Below are positions 26,799-36,573 of a DNA stretch of 39,451 nucleotides, in pieces (position 1 is the stretch's first letter; every line of letters starts with the position of its first letter). The notes under the pieces were generated by a model. It did not search any database. It was not told where the DNA came from and saw only the letters and a program-made list of their open reading frames with translations. Where the stretch lies: positions 1 through 39,451 of the IMG/VR virus record IMGVR_UViG_3300048687_000155; one strand, given 5' to 3'. Source of the DNA: a virus. Its lineage: Duplodnaviria > Caudoviricetes. The position numbers and the translations under genes were made by a program.

Positions 26799-28810
26799 CA
26801 ACTACGAACGATAACTGCATCGGACTGATGAGTGGGACGCTGGTGCGTCCCGTGCCGCGCTACCCCGCAAGCGTTGTCACTGACGCCTCGCTGAAGGTGG
26901 CCGCCAACCGCATTCAGGCGTCCCTGGTGGGATCTGTGGGAGTGGGCGACACCCTGCTAACGTTTGCCGATGTATCGCGCCTGGTGCCCGATATGCTGCT
27001 TTCGCTCGATAGCGAAATTGTCAGCATCACCTCGATCAGCGGCAACGTGGCTACCGTAGTTCGCGGCTTTGACGGCACCCAGCCCGCTTGTCACTCCTCA
27101 GGAACGATTGCAGCCGCCAATACGGTTGCTTATCATCACAACGCACTGGTAGCCGAGGTCGAAGCCATCGAGCAGGCGCTCGGGCCGAACCTGAGCAACA
27201 TCGGCGGGGCGACCGGGTCCTCCATCCTTGCCGGCAGTTATGACTTCGCGGCGCAGACTCCCGGCGGCACGCTCATTGCCGGCACCAACGTGATCACGCT
27301 GAACCCTGTGCCGCGCGGTGTCAGCGGAACCGACAAGCATCATTGGCTGTGGATCGACCAGGGCACGGGAACGCCTGAAGCCTGCCTGATCACCGGCGGG
27401 ACAGCGGTTTCGGGCGCCGTATCGGGCACTGTGATCGTCAATTGCGCGTTTCCTCATTCGGGCGCGTGGCGGATCTCGAGCGCAACCGCCGGCATCGAAG
27501 AGGCGTTGAACCTGTCCCGCTACGTTGCGGAAGCCAGGCGTACCGTTACGATTCACGCGCCGATTTGGCTGGATAGCGTAAAGGAACTTTATGCTGCGCC
27601 GCTGTGGGGAGTCGAAATCATCCAGGCATCCGTCAATACCGACTGCGTGTGGATCGGGGATGACGGGTTGTCGGAATCGCTCGGGTGTGTGTTGCGCGGC
27701 TTTAGTTTTTCAACGGCCAGCGGCACATGGTCATCGGGCTGGGCGATCAACGTGAGGTGCGCCGGGTTTGTCGAGATCCGTGACTGCTACGTGTACGCCA
27801 ATAGTCTGATATGGGGCGGCATCAACTTATACCGTGTAGTCCGCGGGAATTTGTGGAACAACTACATTTCAAGGACCCAGAGCCACGGTGTGCTGATCTC
27901 CGGTCGCGATGCGGGCAACCAGTCGATGACCTGCAACCTGATCCACTGCGAATTCGTCTCGCCCGCCGGGAATCCTGTCCGGGTCGGTGATTACGCGCAG
28001 GGGCTTTCGTTCCGGGACTGCATTTTTAACGGGTGCGTTACGGATGCCATCTCGTTTTCTCCTGCCACGTTTACCTCGGGCGTGAACGTCAACTACTTCA
28101 TCTCGGAATGCGACATCGAGGGTGCGGGCATCTACGCGCAGAACGTAGCCAATCTGCAGATTGTGAATAACTGGTTGTCTGCCGCGCCCGCGTTAAGCAG
28201 CCTGAAACTCGCTGCTTCGGTCGATACCGTAGTGTTTGTGGGCAACCTCATCACCGGGGCGGGTGGCGCAACATCGGTTCCGCTCATCGATAACAGCGCT
28301 ACGAATGTGCTGATCTCGGGCAATTCCATCAATGGCGGTGGCACGCCGCTGATACCCGTGCTCGTCGCGGTAGGGGCAGCGGCTAGAAAAACCACGATTA
28401 CCGGCAATCTGTTGTTTCTCGCGGACAAGTGCGTGCAGATTAATGCTGCCGCCGCAGACACCAGCATCACCGGGAACACGTTTACTAATACCACTACCCC
28501 GGTATCGGGCAAGGGCAGCAACCGTTATGTCACTCAGAACAAGGGTATCGACGATCAGATACCGGGGGGCATGACGGCGACCGCAACGATAACGCCGCTG
28601 AACCCGGTGGTGATCGTTGTCGGAACAACGGCGATCGATACCATCACGGTTCCCGATACGTTCTCGGGACCGTTGACGCTGCTGCCCGGGAATCCGTTTA
28701 CCTGGACGGCTGCCGGCAATATCCGGGTGGCGGGGACCGCGGTGGTCGGCAAGGCGCTCACGCTCGTGTGGGACTACATCGATGCCAAGTGGTGGCCGAG
28801 CTACACCTGA
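26795..28810 (+). CDS. Tailspike with right-handed beta-helix (putative depolymerase)
   Basis: N-terminal anchor with VVRGFDGT; repeated I-x-GN-x-I/F beta-helix coils. Confidence 0.75.
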   Translation: MTTTNDNCIGLMSGTLVRPVPRYPASVVTDASLKVAANRIQASLVGSVGVGDTLLTFADVSRLVPDMLLSLDSEIVSITSISGNVATVVRGFDGTQPACHSSGTIAAANTVAYHHNALVAEVEAIEQALGPNLSNIGGATGSSILAGSYDFAAQTPGGTLIAGTNVITLNPVPRGVSGTDKHHWLWIDQGTGTPEACLITGGTAVSGAVSGTVIVNCAFPHSGAWRISSATAGIEEALNLSRYVAEARRTVTIHAPIWLDSVKELYAAPLWGVEIIQASVNTDCVWIGDDGLSESLGCVLRGFSFSTASGTWSSGWAINVRCAGFVEIRDCYVYANSLIWGGINLYRVVRGNLWNNYISRTQSHGVLISGRDAGNQSMTCNLIHCEFVSPAGNPVRVGDYAQGLSFRDCIFNGCVTDAISFSPATFTSGVNVNYFISECDIEGAGIYAQNVANLQIVNNWLSAAPALSSLKLAASVDTVVFVGNLITGAGGATSVPLIDNSATNVLISGNSINGGGTPLIPVLVAVGAAARKTTITGNLLFLADKCVQINAAAADTSITGNTFTNTTTPVSGKGSNRYVTQNKGIDDQIPGGMTATATITPLNPVVIVVGTTAIDTITVPDTFSGPLTLLPGNPFTWTAAGNIRVAGTAVVGKALTLVWDYIDAKWWPSYT

Positions 28811-28811
28811 C

Positions 28812-28860
28812 GTTCGCTTTAGCGCGATCCGTTATGCCCCGGAAATGCGCTAAAGCGAAC
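28812..28860. repeat. 14-bp perfect inverted repeat made of two GCGCTAAAGCGAAC copies
   Basis: gttcgctttagcgc-N21-gcgctaaagcgaac. Confidence 0.8.
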
Positions 28861-28944
28861 TCGCCCCGATAAACAGCAGAACCGCGAAGAAAAAGAAAGC
28901 CACAGCGACCAGCGCAAGCGAGATGACAAACAGGATTAGCACGA

Positions 28945-29724
28945 ATGCCCAACTTTAATACAACCCTGTGGAACTCGTCTATCTGGGGCGGTACCAGTGG
29001 TACTACGGGCACAGGTGCCGTTACCGCCCGAAGGCTGATCTACGACGCCTACCGTGCCCTCGGTGTTTTGCGTCCCGGGCAGCAGACCAGCCCGGAAGGA
29101 CACGAGGATGCCTTCGGGCTGCTCAACGATATGGTCGATTCCTGGAACACGGAATCGCTGATGATCCCGGCCCTTGAGCGTGCGGTGTACCCGCTGACCG
29201 CAGGAGTTGGTTCCTACACATTAGGACCAGGTGGAACGCTGAGCGGATCTCGTCCGCAACGAACCGTAAGTGCAGCACTGGTGGCCTGTGATTGCGGGTG
29301 TGGCTGCGCTGATGGCGATTGCCGGCAACTGGTATTACGTTCCACGTGGATGGACTGCTCCTTGAAGTGTGGGGTTTTTATCGACTCGGCGTACCCGAAC
29401 GTGAACGTCCGCATCCATCCCGCACCGTCCGCAGGACAGTCCCTGGCACTGCAGTCCTGGGGAACGCTCTCGAGCTTTGCGGATCTCGACAGCGCTTACG
29501 GGTTCCCTCCGGGTTATGCGCTCGCGTTGCGGTGGGGATTAGCTTTCGAACTCGCCCCGTTGGCGTTGATCATGATGAAGATACCGTCGAACCTGCTGCA
29601 GGTGATCGAGCAACGTGCCGTAGCATCGAAGGCTGCAGTCAAGTCGTTCAACTCGAGTCCACCCCCCGAGATAGAGATAGCCTCTGGTGGACACTACGAT
29701 TTCTGCTCGGATTCCTATATCTGA
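28945..29724 (+). CDS. Head-tail adaptor, P22 gp4-like (copy 2) with Cys cluster
   Basis: TARRLIYDAYRALGVL..G...DAF.LLNDMVDSW; FPPGYALALRWGLA.ELAP. Confidence 0.75.
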   Translation: MPNFNTTLWNSSIWGGTSGTTGTGAVTARRLIYDAYRALGVLRPGQQTSPEGHEDAFGLLNDMVDSWNTESLMIPALERAVYPLTAGVGSYTLGPGGTLSGSRPQRTVSAALVACDCGCGCADGDCRQLVLRSTWMDCSLKCGVFIDSAYPNVNVRIHPAPSAGQSLALQSWGTLSSFADLDSAYGFPPGYALALRWGLAFELAPLALIMMKIPSNLLQVIEQRAVASKAAVKSFNSSPPPEIEIASGGHYDFCSDSYI

Positions 29725-29727
29725 AGA

Positions 29728-29807
29728 GTTGATCCCCCGGAAAAATGCGAACTGCGGCATCTCTATCGATAACGCGTACCCGCTTCAATGAGGCCGGGGG
29801 ATCAACC
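29728..29807 (-). CRISPR. Single-spacer CRISPR fragment with truncated type I-G(I-U)-like repeats
   Basis: Minus strand: GGTTGATCCCCCGGCCTCATTGAAGC, 36-nt spacer, TTTTTCCGGGGGATCAAC; the halves merge into a 36-nt repeat ending ATTGAAGC; no cas genes. Confidence 0.65.
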
Positions 29808-29864
29808 GCAGCGTAGCACTGAAGCTTCAAACGAATCTATAGCACGGAAGTACCACAGGTTCTA

Positions 29865-30365
29865 ATGTCTAACTGCATACCGATTCCCGGCCCTCCGGGA
29901 CCCCCGGGGCCTACCGGACCGCAAGGCATACCGGGGACTCCGGGCGGACCCCCTGGACCGGCTGGCCCAACGGGCGCAACCGGGGCGACCGGCGCCGCGG
30001 GCGCAACTGGGCCGCAGGGGCCGGCCGGTGTCGTCAACCCGTTCCGTCTCGGACATACCTGGGGGCTGTCCGGTGATGTGTCAGCCCTAACCACGCTGCC
30101 ATCCATGTTCGTGCCGCTGCGTTCAGGGCAGGCATCAACGCTGATCGGGCTGCGGGCGAAGATCGGGAGCGGGACCAGTATCGGTGTGCAACTGAAGCGC
30201 AACGGCAGCAACCTCGGCAGCGTGATAACAGTGACCACAACTGTAGCGACAACGGTGTTCAGTCAGGCACTGGCGGCCGATGACGAGTTGACGCTGGTGC
30301 TGTCCTCCCCGGCAGGCACCCCCTCGAACCTCGGCATGACTTTATACCTGGAGCACACCCCATGA
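29865..30365 (+). CDS. Collagen-like tail fibre protein
   Basis: Gly-X-Y repeats followed by a beta-sandwich C-terminus. Confidence 0.75.
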   Translation: MSNCIPIPGPPGPPGPTGPQGIPGTPGGPPGPAGPTGATGATGAAGATGPQGPAGVVNPFRLGHTWGLSGDVSALTTLPSMFVPLRSGQASTLIGLRAKIGSGTSIGVQLKRNGSNLGSVITVTTTVATTVFSQALAADDELTLVLSSPAGTPSNLGMTLYLEHTP

Positions 30366-31345
30366 ATCTGCTCCTCATCGATAGTTTTGACCATTACAAC
30401 ACTGCCGATATTGCCAAAAAATGGACTGCGGCCAACATCGGCAGCATCAGCGCAGGCACCGGACGGAACGGCACCGCTTCGATGCGAATCTTCGGCTCGC
30501 AGAACGGTCCGCAGTTTTCCGTGTCCAACCTGCCTACGGTCTATGTCGGGTTCGCCTTCAGGTTGCAGAATGCCGGCGCGACCATGCACATGCTTCGCCT
30601 GCTCGACGGCGCATCCATCCAGCTCGACATGGGGATCACCCCGTCGAACTTCATGGTGGTCAAGCGGGGCGGCGCGACCGTGGTGTCTACCGCGACCACG
30701 AATGCGCTGTCGGCAGGAGCTTATTACTTCCTCGAGGCGCGGTTCACGCTGCACGCAAGCGCCGGGAGTTGCGAGGTGCGGGTGAACGGGGTAACCGTCA
30801 TCAACGACACGGGGCTGAACCTCATCACCTCAGCCAATGCCTATATGAATTCCGTAATGCTGATGTCTGCCGCGGGAACCGGCAATCACGATTTTGATGA
30901 TTTTTGGATGACGACAGATGCTTTCCTCGGGGATTGCAGGGTCGTTGCCGTATTGCCGCAGGGCGCAGGCAATTACAGTCAGTGGACTCCCAGCGCCGGA
31001 CTCGGGTGGCAGTGCGTCGACGAGGCGGCTATGAATGCCGATACTGATTATGTCTTGAGCGCCGTTGCAGGCCAGCGCAACTCTTACGACTTCGCCCCGG
31101 TTGGTTTTACCGGCAATGTCAAAGCGGTGCAGCAGATAACAACGCTACGCAAAGACGATGCCGGATCGCGCACAGCGCAGCAGTTCGCCCGCATATCGGG
31201 CACGGATTACGACAGTGCGAATATCACCGTACTCGACAGCTACGCCATGCAGCGGCGCATCCTGACGGTGAATCCGGCCACGGGCGCGGGCTGGAACACC
31301 TCTGATATCGATAATGCGGAATTCGGCACGCGGATTGTCAGCTGA
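30362..31345 (+). CDS. Tail/receptor-binding protein (lectin-like beta sandwich)
   Basis: ATGA overlap; FDDFW, GDCRVV motifs; beta-rich. Confidence 0.65.
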   Translation: MNLLLIDSFDHYNTADIAKKWTAANIGSISAGTGRNGTASMRIFGSQNGPQFSVSNLPTVYVGFAFRLQNAGATMHMLRLLDGASIQLDMGITPSNFMVVKRGGATVVSTATTNALSAGAYYFLEARFTLHASAGSCEVRVNGVTVINDTGLNLITSANAYMNSVMLMSAAGTGNHDFDDFWMTTDAFLGDCRVVAVLPQGAGNYSQWTPSAGLGWQCVDEAAMNADTDYVLSAVAGQRNSYDFAPVGFTGNVKAVQQITTLRKDDAGSRTAQQFARISGTDYDSANITVLDSYAMQRRILTVNPATGAGWNTSDIDNAEFGTRIVS

Positions 31346-31497
31346 TGGCAATAAGATTAACGCAAGAGGTACTCGAGATCCTCGCGGTGACGATACCTGC
31401 GGTTAGGTGTACCCAAGAAGTGCTTGAGATTATCGGCAACCTGAGCGAACCCGAGAACCCCGGCAGTCAACGGCAACCGATAGTGACTATCGCCTGA
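31345..31497 (+). CDS. 50-aa tail-associated peptide with RxTQEVLEI duplication
   Basis: TGATG overlap; MAIRLTQEVLEILAVTIPAVRCTQEVLEII...; missing from the ORF track. Confidence 0.6.
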   Translation: MAIRLTQEVLEILAVTIPAVRCTQEVLEIIGNLSEPENPGSQRQPIVTIA

Positions 31498-31510
31498 TGG
31501 ATCACAGCCC

Positions 31511-32935
31511 ATGCCTATAGCGCCATTTTCGCTCTGCGGTGGAACCAACATTACCCGTGACTCGCTTTGGAGTTGCGAACGAAGCGTGAACTGGTTCCCA
31601 ATCATCGACACCTCCGGCACCGCACAATCGAAAGTCGAGCTCGCCCCGATTCCGGGATTGCAGGTCTTCACAACGTTAACCAACCCTCCCATAAGAGGTC
31701 TATGGGCGGGCGACAACCGCTTATTTGCCGTAGCGCAGGGTGGGTTATTCGAGATCTTCTCGAGCGGCGCAGCCACCGCGATAACAGGTGGTGTCCTCAG
31801 CGCAGCCACTCCGGTGCAGTTCGCCGGCGGGGGGAACGAAATACTCATCGCATCCGGAGACCAGATTTGGTATGCAACCGGTGGGGTCAGCCACAAGACG
31901 TACGATGGCGCGATCTCAGTTGTTTACCTCGACGGCTATTACATCATCCTAAGGACGGACGGAAAGACCATCCAACTCTCAACGGACGGACTCGTATGGG
32001 ACCCGCTCGATGTAGCGCAGTCGCAGGCGATGCCTGACCGCCTTGTCAGACTCGAGGTGCATGAGGGCCATCTGTGGATCTTCGGGCAGCGCTCAATCCG
32101 TGTCTGGTACGACAGCGGGAACGCCGATTTCCCCTTCGCGCCGATTGATGGGGCCATGATCGACCAGGGCACGATGGCCCCGTGGAGTGTCACAAAGATC
32201 GATCGCCGGTTGTACTGGCTCGGTATGGACCAGTACGGTTACGGGCGGGTGTTTAGGACCGAGGGTTATACACCGGTTCCAATTAGCAACCAGGCCATCG
32301 AATACCTGATTAAGGGCTACTTGGATTTAGGGACCGATCAGTGCATCACCGGCTCGGGATATACCGAGAATGGGCACACGTTCTATGTGTTGTCGTTCCC
32401 GAAGGCGAAGGCTTGTCTGGTGTATAACCTCACAACGAACATGTGGCATGAGCGGGCACGCTGGAATGCCGATCATTGGGAGCACTGGAGAGGGGCTAGC
32501 TTTCACGCATTCTGCTTCAACAAACATTTGGTGGCGAGAACTTCCGAGGCACCGTTTCCGGATGGCGATCACACCAAGATCTACGAACAGGGCTTACACA
32601 TATTTGGCGACGACGGGAACCGCATCCGCCGCTATCGCGCCGCACCGTATACCCAGGCAGACCAGCAGTGGTTGTTTCACCATTACCTGAGACTGCTCAC
32701 CTCGGGAAGCAGCGCAGTAACGATGCGCTATCTCGGGGATGATGGCGCGACGTGGTCGAACGAACGGACCGTCGCCCCCTTCAAGCACGAGATCAAGTAC
32801 CGCAGATTAGGCAGAGCGCGGGACCGGATGTATGAGTTGTACCTACTCGACTCCTTGACCGGGGCGCAAGGGATTATCGAAGGCTACCTGCATCTGGCCG
32901 ATCCGCCGCGAGACGTGGCTTCGGTGCAACGCTGA
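31511..32935 (+). CDS. Tail hub / packaged-DNA stabilisation protein (P22 gp10-like)
   Basis: YLDGYY, LWIFG..SI.VW, GHTFYVL.FP, WHER, RRLGRARDR motifs. Confidence 0.85.
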   Translation: MPIAPFSLCGGTNITRDSLWSCERSVNWFPIIDTSGTAQSKVELAPIPGLQVFTTLTNPPIRGLWAGDNRLFAVAQGGLFEIFSSGAATAITGGVLSAATPVQFAGGGNEILIASGDQIWYATGGVSHKTYDGAISVVYLDGYYIILRTDGKTIQLSTDGLVWDPLDVAQSQAMPDRLVRLEVHEGHLWIFGQRSIRVWYDSGNADFPFAPIDGAMIDQGTMAPWSVTKIDRRLYWLGMDQYGYGRVFRTEGYTPVPISNQAIEYLIKGYLDLGTDQCITGSGYTENGHTFYVLSFPKAKACLVYNLTTNMWHERARWNADHWEHWRGASFHAFCFNKHLVARTSEAPFPDGDHTKIYEQGLHIFGDDGNRIRRYRAAPYTQADQQWLFHHYLRLLTSGSSAVTMRYLGDDGATWSNERTVAPFKHEIKYRRLGRARDRMYELYLLDSLTGAQGIIEGYLHLADPPRDVASVQR

Positions 32936-33855
32936 TGCGTAAGTTCGGGGGGATGACCCGCGCGGAAAGGTTCTCCGTTTCCACGGATCAGATATCCCCG
33001 CTGCCGATTCCGCTGCCGTTACAGAACGAAGTAGTGGACGAACGGCGCCTGCTGACCGTGCCGTGGGTCAGCTTGTTTCAGTGGATTCTGAATATCGGCA
33101 CCCGGATCTATCTCGAGGGAACGCACGCGGACAGAATCGACAACAAGAACGACCCCGCACAGTTCCGACCCGGCACATGGTTTTACGAGACGGACAGAAC
33201 GGTGCTGTATCAGGTGCGTGTGATCAGCGGCGAACCGCTATGGGTCTATGTGGCCGGCACAATGCGAGGGTTGGCAGTGACGGACAAGCCCACGGACCTC
33301 GGCGTCTACGACACCAACTTTTTGTTTTACGCAGCCGATTACGCGCACACCTGGAGATGGACCGGAAGCACCTGGCAATACGCGCCCGGGGATCGGGCAA
33401 GCGGCGAGATCGCGTGGTTCACGGCAGACCCCGGCACCGGCTGGGCGTTGTGCAACGGCACGTCTACGTTCCGAACGCTCGGCAATGCCACCACCTCGGC
33501 GATCTCGACGCCGAACCTGATTACGGCGTATGTCAAAGGCGCGGCCGCGTACTCACCGACAGTTGTGCCCGCAACCGGCGGCACGATCTCGGGGACAACG
33601 GACACCGAATCAGGTCACACCCACGCAGTAGACCTGCCTTACCAGAACACGCTCGGGTCCAACCTCAGCGACATCGAAGTGGTGTATTCAGCGAGCAGTC
33701 CGGACAAGGCCGCACGGGCGGGGCACGTGCATTCGATCGACCCGCCGACGGTAACCTCGGCTGCGGGGAGCGCCCACAGTCACGGGCTGACGGGGGCAAG
33801 TATTGCGGCGGGCGAGCCGAAGCACGTTGATTTGATGCCGTACTTGCGGCAATAA
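32935..33855 (+). CDS. Tail fibre/needle-associated protein
   Basis: Collar-like GWALCNG; repeated H-x-H motifs; position after the hub. Confidence 0.6.
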   Translation: MRKFGGMTRAERFSVSTDQISPLPIPLPLQNEVVDERRLLTVPWVSLFQWILNIGTRIYLEGTHADRIDNKNDPAQFRPGTWFYETDRTVLYQVRVISGEPLWVYVAGTMRGLAVTDKPTDLGVYDTNFLFYAADYAHTWRWTGSTWQYAPGDRASGEIAWFTADPGTGWALCNGTSTFRTLGNATTSAISTPNLITAYVKGAAAYSPTVVPATGGTISGTTDTESGHTHAVDLPYQNTLGSNLSDIEVVYSASSPDKAARAGHVHSIDPPTVTSAAGSAHSHGLTGASIAAGEPKHVDLMPYLRQ

Positions 33856-33868
33856 AGGGGATTTATCT

Positions 33869-34933
33869 ATGGGCGCATGGTTGATGGCAGGGGCGGGGCT
33901 AGCCAAAGGATTAGGGGCGTTTATCGGAAGTCGAACCCTAAGCGGGGGCATTAAACGAGCGGGGACCGAACTCTACCAGTCGCGGCAGCGTGAAGCCGCC
34001 AATGCCGCAGGGGTGCCGGAGACGATCAACCCCGGGCTGGCCGAGGCTTACCAGAACGCAGCCACCGGCTACAGCGGGGTGGCGAACCGTAGTGCCGACG
34101 ACTTGGGGTCTCTGGCACGGCAGGGGGCTGCCGGCGTCAATACCGCGGCAACCGGCGCTAACGAGTACCTCAACCCCTACGTGCAGGGAGGGCAGCAGGC
34201 ATTCCGAACGCTCAGCGACCTGGCCGCGGCCCCGGAGGAACGGTTCGACTTCCAGTTCAGCCAGGACGATCCGAGCTATCAGTTCCGGATGAATGAGGGC
34301 CAGAAGGCGATCGAGCGCAGTGCTGCTAGCCGCGGTATCGGGCAGACCGGGGGCACCCTCAAAGCGTTGACCAACTACGGGCAGCAGGCCGCATCACAGG
34401 AATACCAGAGCGCGTACAACCGGGCGCTCGGTACGTTCAACGCCAATCAGGGCGCACGCCAGCAGCGGGTGGGCACGCTTTCCGGATTAGCCGGGATCGG
34501 CTCGAATGCCGCGACGGCATCGGGGCAGAACCTGTATAACGCCGCCACGTACGGGGGTAACCTCGGCATGCAGGCGGGACAGACAGGCGGCAACTGGCGC
34601 AACGCGGCGGCGCTACAGGAAGGCAACTACGGCATCGACTCGCAGAAGGACCAGGCCAACATCGCCATGAAGTACGGGGACCTGGCGCGGAACCTGAGGC
34701 TCTCGGGGGATGAGGCGACCGCGCAGTCGATTCTCGCCAACGCGGGCGTGGGGGCTGATATGTGGCAAGGGTTGGGCGGTGCAGCGGGCAGTGCGATGGG
34801 CGAGTGGGGGAACGCCAAGGGTGGTTGGGGCGGCGGATGGAATTGGGGCGGCGCGACCCCTGGATCTTACCCGGGATTGCCCACCACGGGCGCGAGCGGC
34901 GGATATAACTATCCGATCAGGCCGAGGTTTTAA
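33869..34933 (+). CDS. DNA ejection protein (gp7-like)
   Basis: DPSYQFRMNEGQKAIERSAASRG...KALTNYGQ; Gly/Ala/Gln-rich. Confidence 0.75.
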   Translation: MGAWLMAGAGLAKGLGAFIGSRTLSGGIKRAGTELYQSRQREAANAAGVPETINPGLAEAYQNAATGYSGVANRSADDLGSLARQGAAGVNTAATGANEYLNPYVQGGQQAFRTLSDLAAAPEERFDFQFSQDDPSYQFRMNEGQKAIERSAASRGIGQTGGTLKALTNYGQQAASQEYQSAYNRALGTFNANQGARQQRVGTLSGLAGIGSNAATASGQNLYNAATYGGNLGMQAGQTGGNWRNAAALQEGNYGIDSQKDQANIAMKYGDLARNLRLSGDEATAQSILANAGVGADMWQGLGGAAGSAMGEWGNAKGGWGGGWNWGGATPGSYPGLPTTGASGGYNYPIRPRF

Positions 34934-34936
34934 ACG

Positions 34937-36571
34937 ATGGGCGGAAATATCTTCTCCAATATAAGACGGGTCGAGTACCCGGATTTCACCGGAGAGCGTG
35001 CGAAGTACGAGGCCCTGAAGCACGCCGAGCTACAGCGCAAGCTCCAGACCCAGCAGGCGCTGCAGCAGCAGGCCGAGTTCGGCCACAAGCAGCAGGACTG
35101 GCAGCGCGAGGATGCGTTCCGTGGGGCCCTTGGCAGCCTGCCGCTGACGGACGAGTCGGGTGCAATCCCCGGCACAACGCTCACCGCGCTGGCAAAGATC
35201 GATCCGATACGGACCTCGACATTATCCGAGGCGATGGCAAAGCGGGCGGCAGCCGTAAGCGAAGCCCGGATCAAGGCGCAAGCGGAGAAGGAGCACCACT
35301 CAAAACTCGGCTTCTACGATTTCTCTTCGGCGATGAACATCGAAGACCCGCAGAAGCGATTCGAGCATGTGATGTCACGGTTCGATCGCTACGAGAAGTT
35401 AGGGGTGCTCGAACAGCCGGAGCTCGAGGACCTGGCAACTAGCGGGTTGACCCCGAAGCTGATCGACCGGGTGGGCACACGTCTGCTCGGCCAGGAGGAG
35501 TACGGGAAGATTCAGGCGCAAGCGCTTACTCGTCAGGAAGCACTAGCGAAGGCGGTCTCGGAAGCGAAGACCCGGCCGGCCGAAGAACAGGTGAAGTTGC
35601 TCGCCGGGGACCTGGCTACCAAGAAAGCGGCCGGGGTACGGCTGTTTAACGCGAATAGTCCGGAGGAGTGGGACAAGGCCATCAACTCACTACCGGAAGA
35701 CGAGCGGGCGCAGTGGATGGACAAACCGTTCAACCAGAAGAACCGCTACAAGGCGTTGACGCTGGGGCAGACTCCGACCGAGATCCTGACCCAGGAACGG
35801 CTGGCGAAACCGGACGACCTGGACAAAGTAACGCAGGCTCTGAACAACCCTGATACGCCGCGGGAGCAGATCCCCTACCTCGAGGCCACCCGGAAACAGA
35901 TGATCGAGAACCGGATCGCCACCCAACCGGACCGGCTTCTGAACCCCGCGGAGTTTGCCCAGGCCTTGGAGCTCACTACCGCGAAGTCGAAAGCGTTGCA
36001 GGAGGGTAAGCCACCATCTCAGGGCGAGGAGCTGCTGGCGGGTTATGCGGCGCGGGTGAAGCAGGCGAACCAGGGCTTCGAGAATCTGACCATGGGCGAC
36101 AAGGAGATGGTCTGGAACAAACTCACACCGGATTTCCTGAACACCGAAGCCGGGCAGGTCTTTGCCCAGGACGAACGCAACTTTATCAACTCCGTCTTAC
36201 GCCGGGAATCAGGAGCGGCAATCTCTCCTCCCGAGTTTACGAGCGCCCGGGCGCAATACATCCCGCAACCGGGGGATTCACCGGCAGTGCTCGAGAAGAA
36301 ACGCCGGAACCGGCTGATCGTGCAGCAGAGTCTGATCCGTGGTTCGGGCCGAGCCTATGTGGATCCGGACGAGCTGTTGCGGCAAGCGGGGGTTGATGTA
36401 CCTACGCTCACGCCGGGAACCCCGCCACCTGCTTCTGCTCCAGGCACCATTCCGTCCCCGTTACTGAGCGGTGGGAAGCCCTCTCCTGCTGTCCCTCAAG
36501 GAGCTAAACCCGGAACCCGGGAAAAGTGGGTGCGTGACTCCAAGGGCGTATTGCGCAAAGCGGGGAACTGA
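34937..36571 (+). CDS. DNA ejection protein (gp20-like position)
   Basis: Helical; NSVLRRESGAAIS...Y.PQPGD motif; synteny. Confidence 0.65.
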   Translation: MGGNIFSNIRRVEYPDFTGERAKYEALKHAELQRKLQTQQALQQQAEFGHKQQDWQREDAFRGALGSLPLTDESGAIPGTTLTALAKIDPIRTSTLSEAMAKRAAAVSEARIKAQAEKEHHSKLGFYDFSSAMNIEDPQKRFEHVMSRFDRYEKLGVLEQPELEDLATSGLTPKLIDRVGTRLLGQEEYGKIQAQALTRQEALAKAVSEAKTRPAEEQVKLLAGDLATKKAAGVRLFNANSPEEWDKAINSLPEDERAQWMDKPFNQKNRYKALTLGQTPTEILTQERLAKPDDLDKVTQALNNPDTPREQIPYLEATRKQMIENRIATQPDRLLNPAEFAQALELTTAKSKALQEGKPPSQGEELLAGYAARVKQANQGFENLTMGDKEMVWNKLTPDFLNTEAGQVFAQDERNFINSVLRRESGAAISPPEFTSARAQYIPQPGDSPAVLEKKRRNRLIVQQSLIRGSGRAYVDPDELLRQAGVDVPTLTPGTPPPASAPGTIPSPLLSGGKPSPAVPQGAKPGTREKWVRDSKGVLRKAGN

Positions 36572-36573
36572 AG

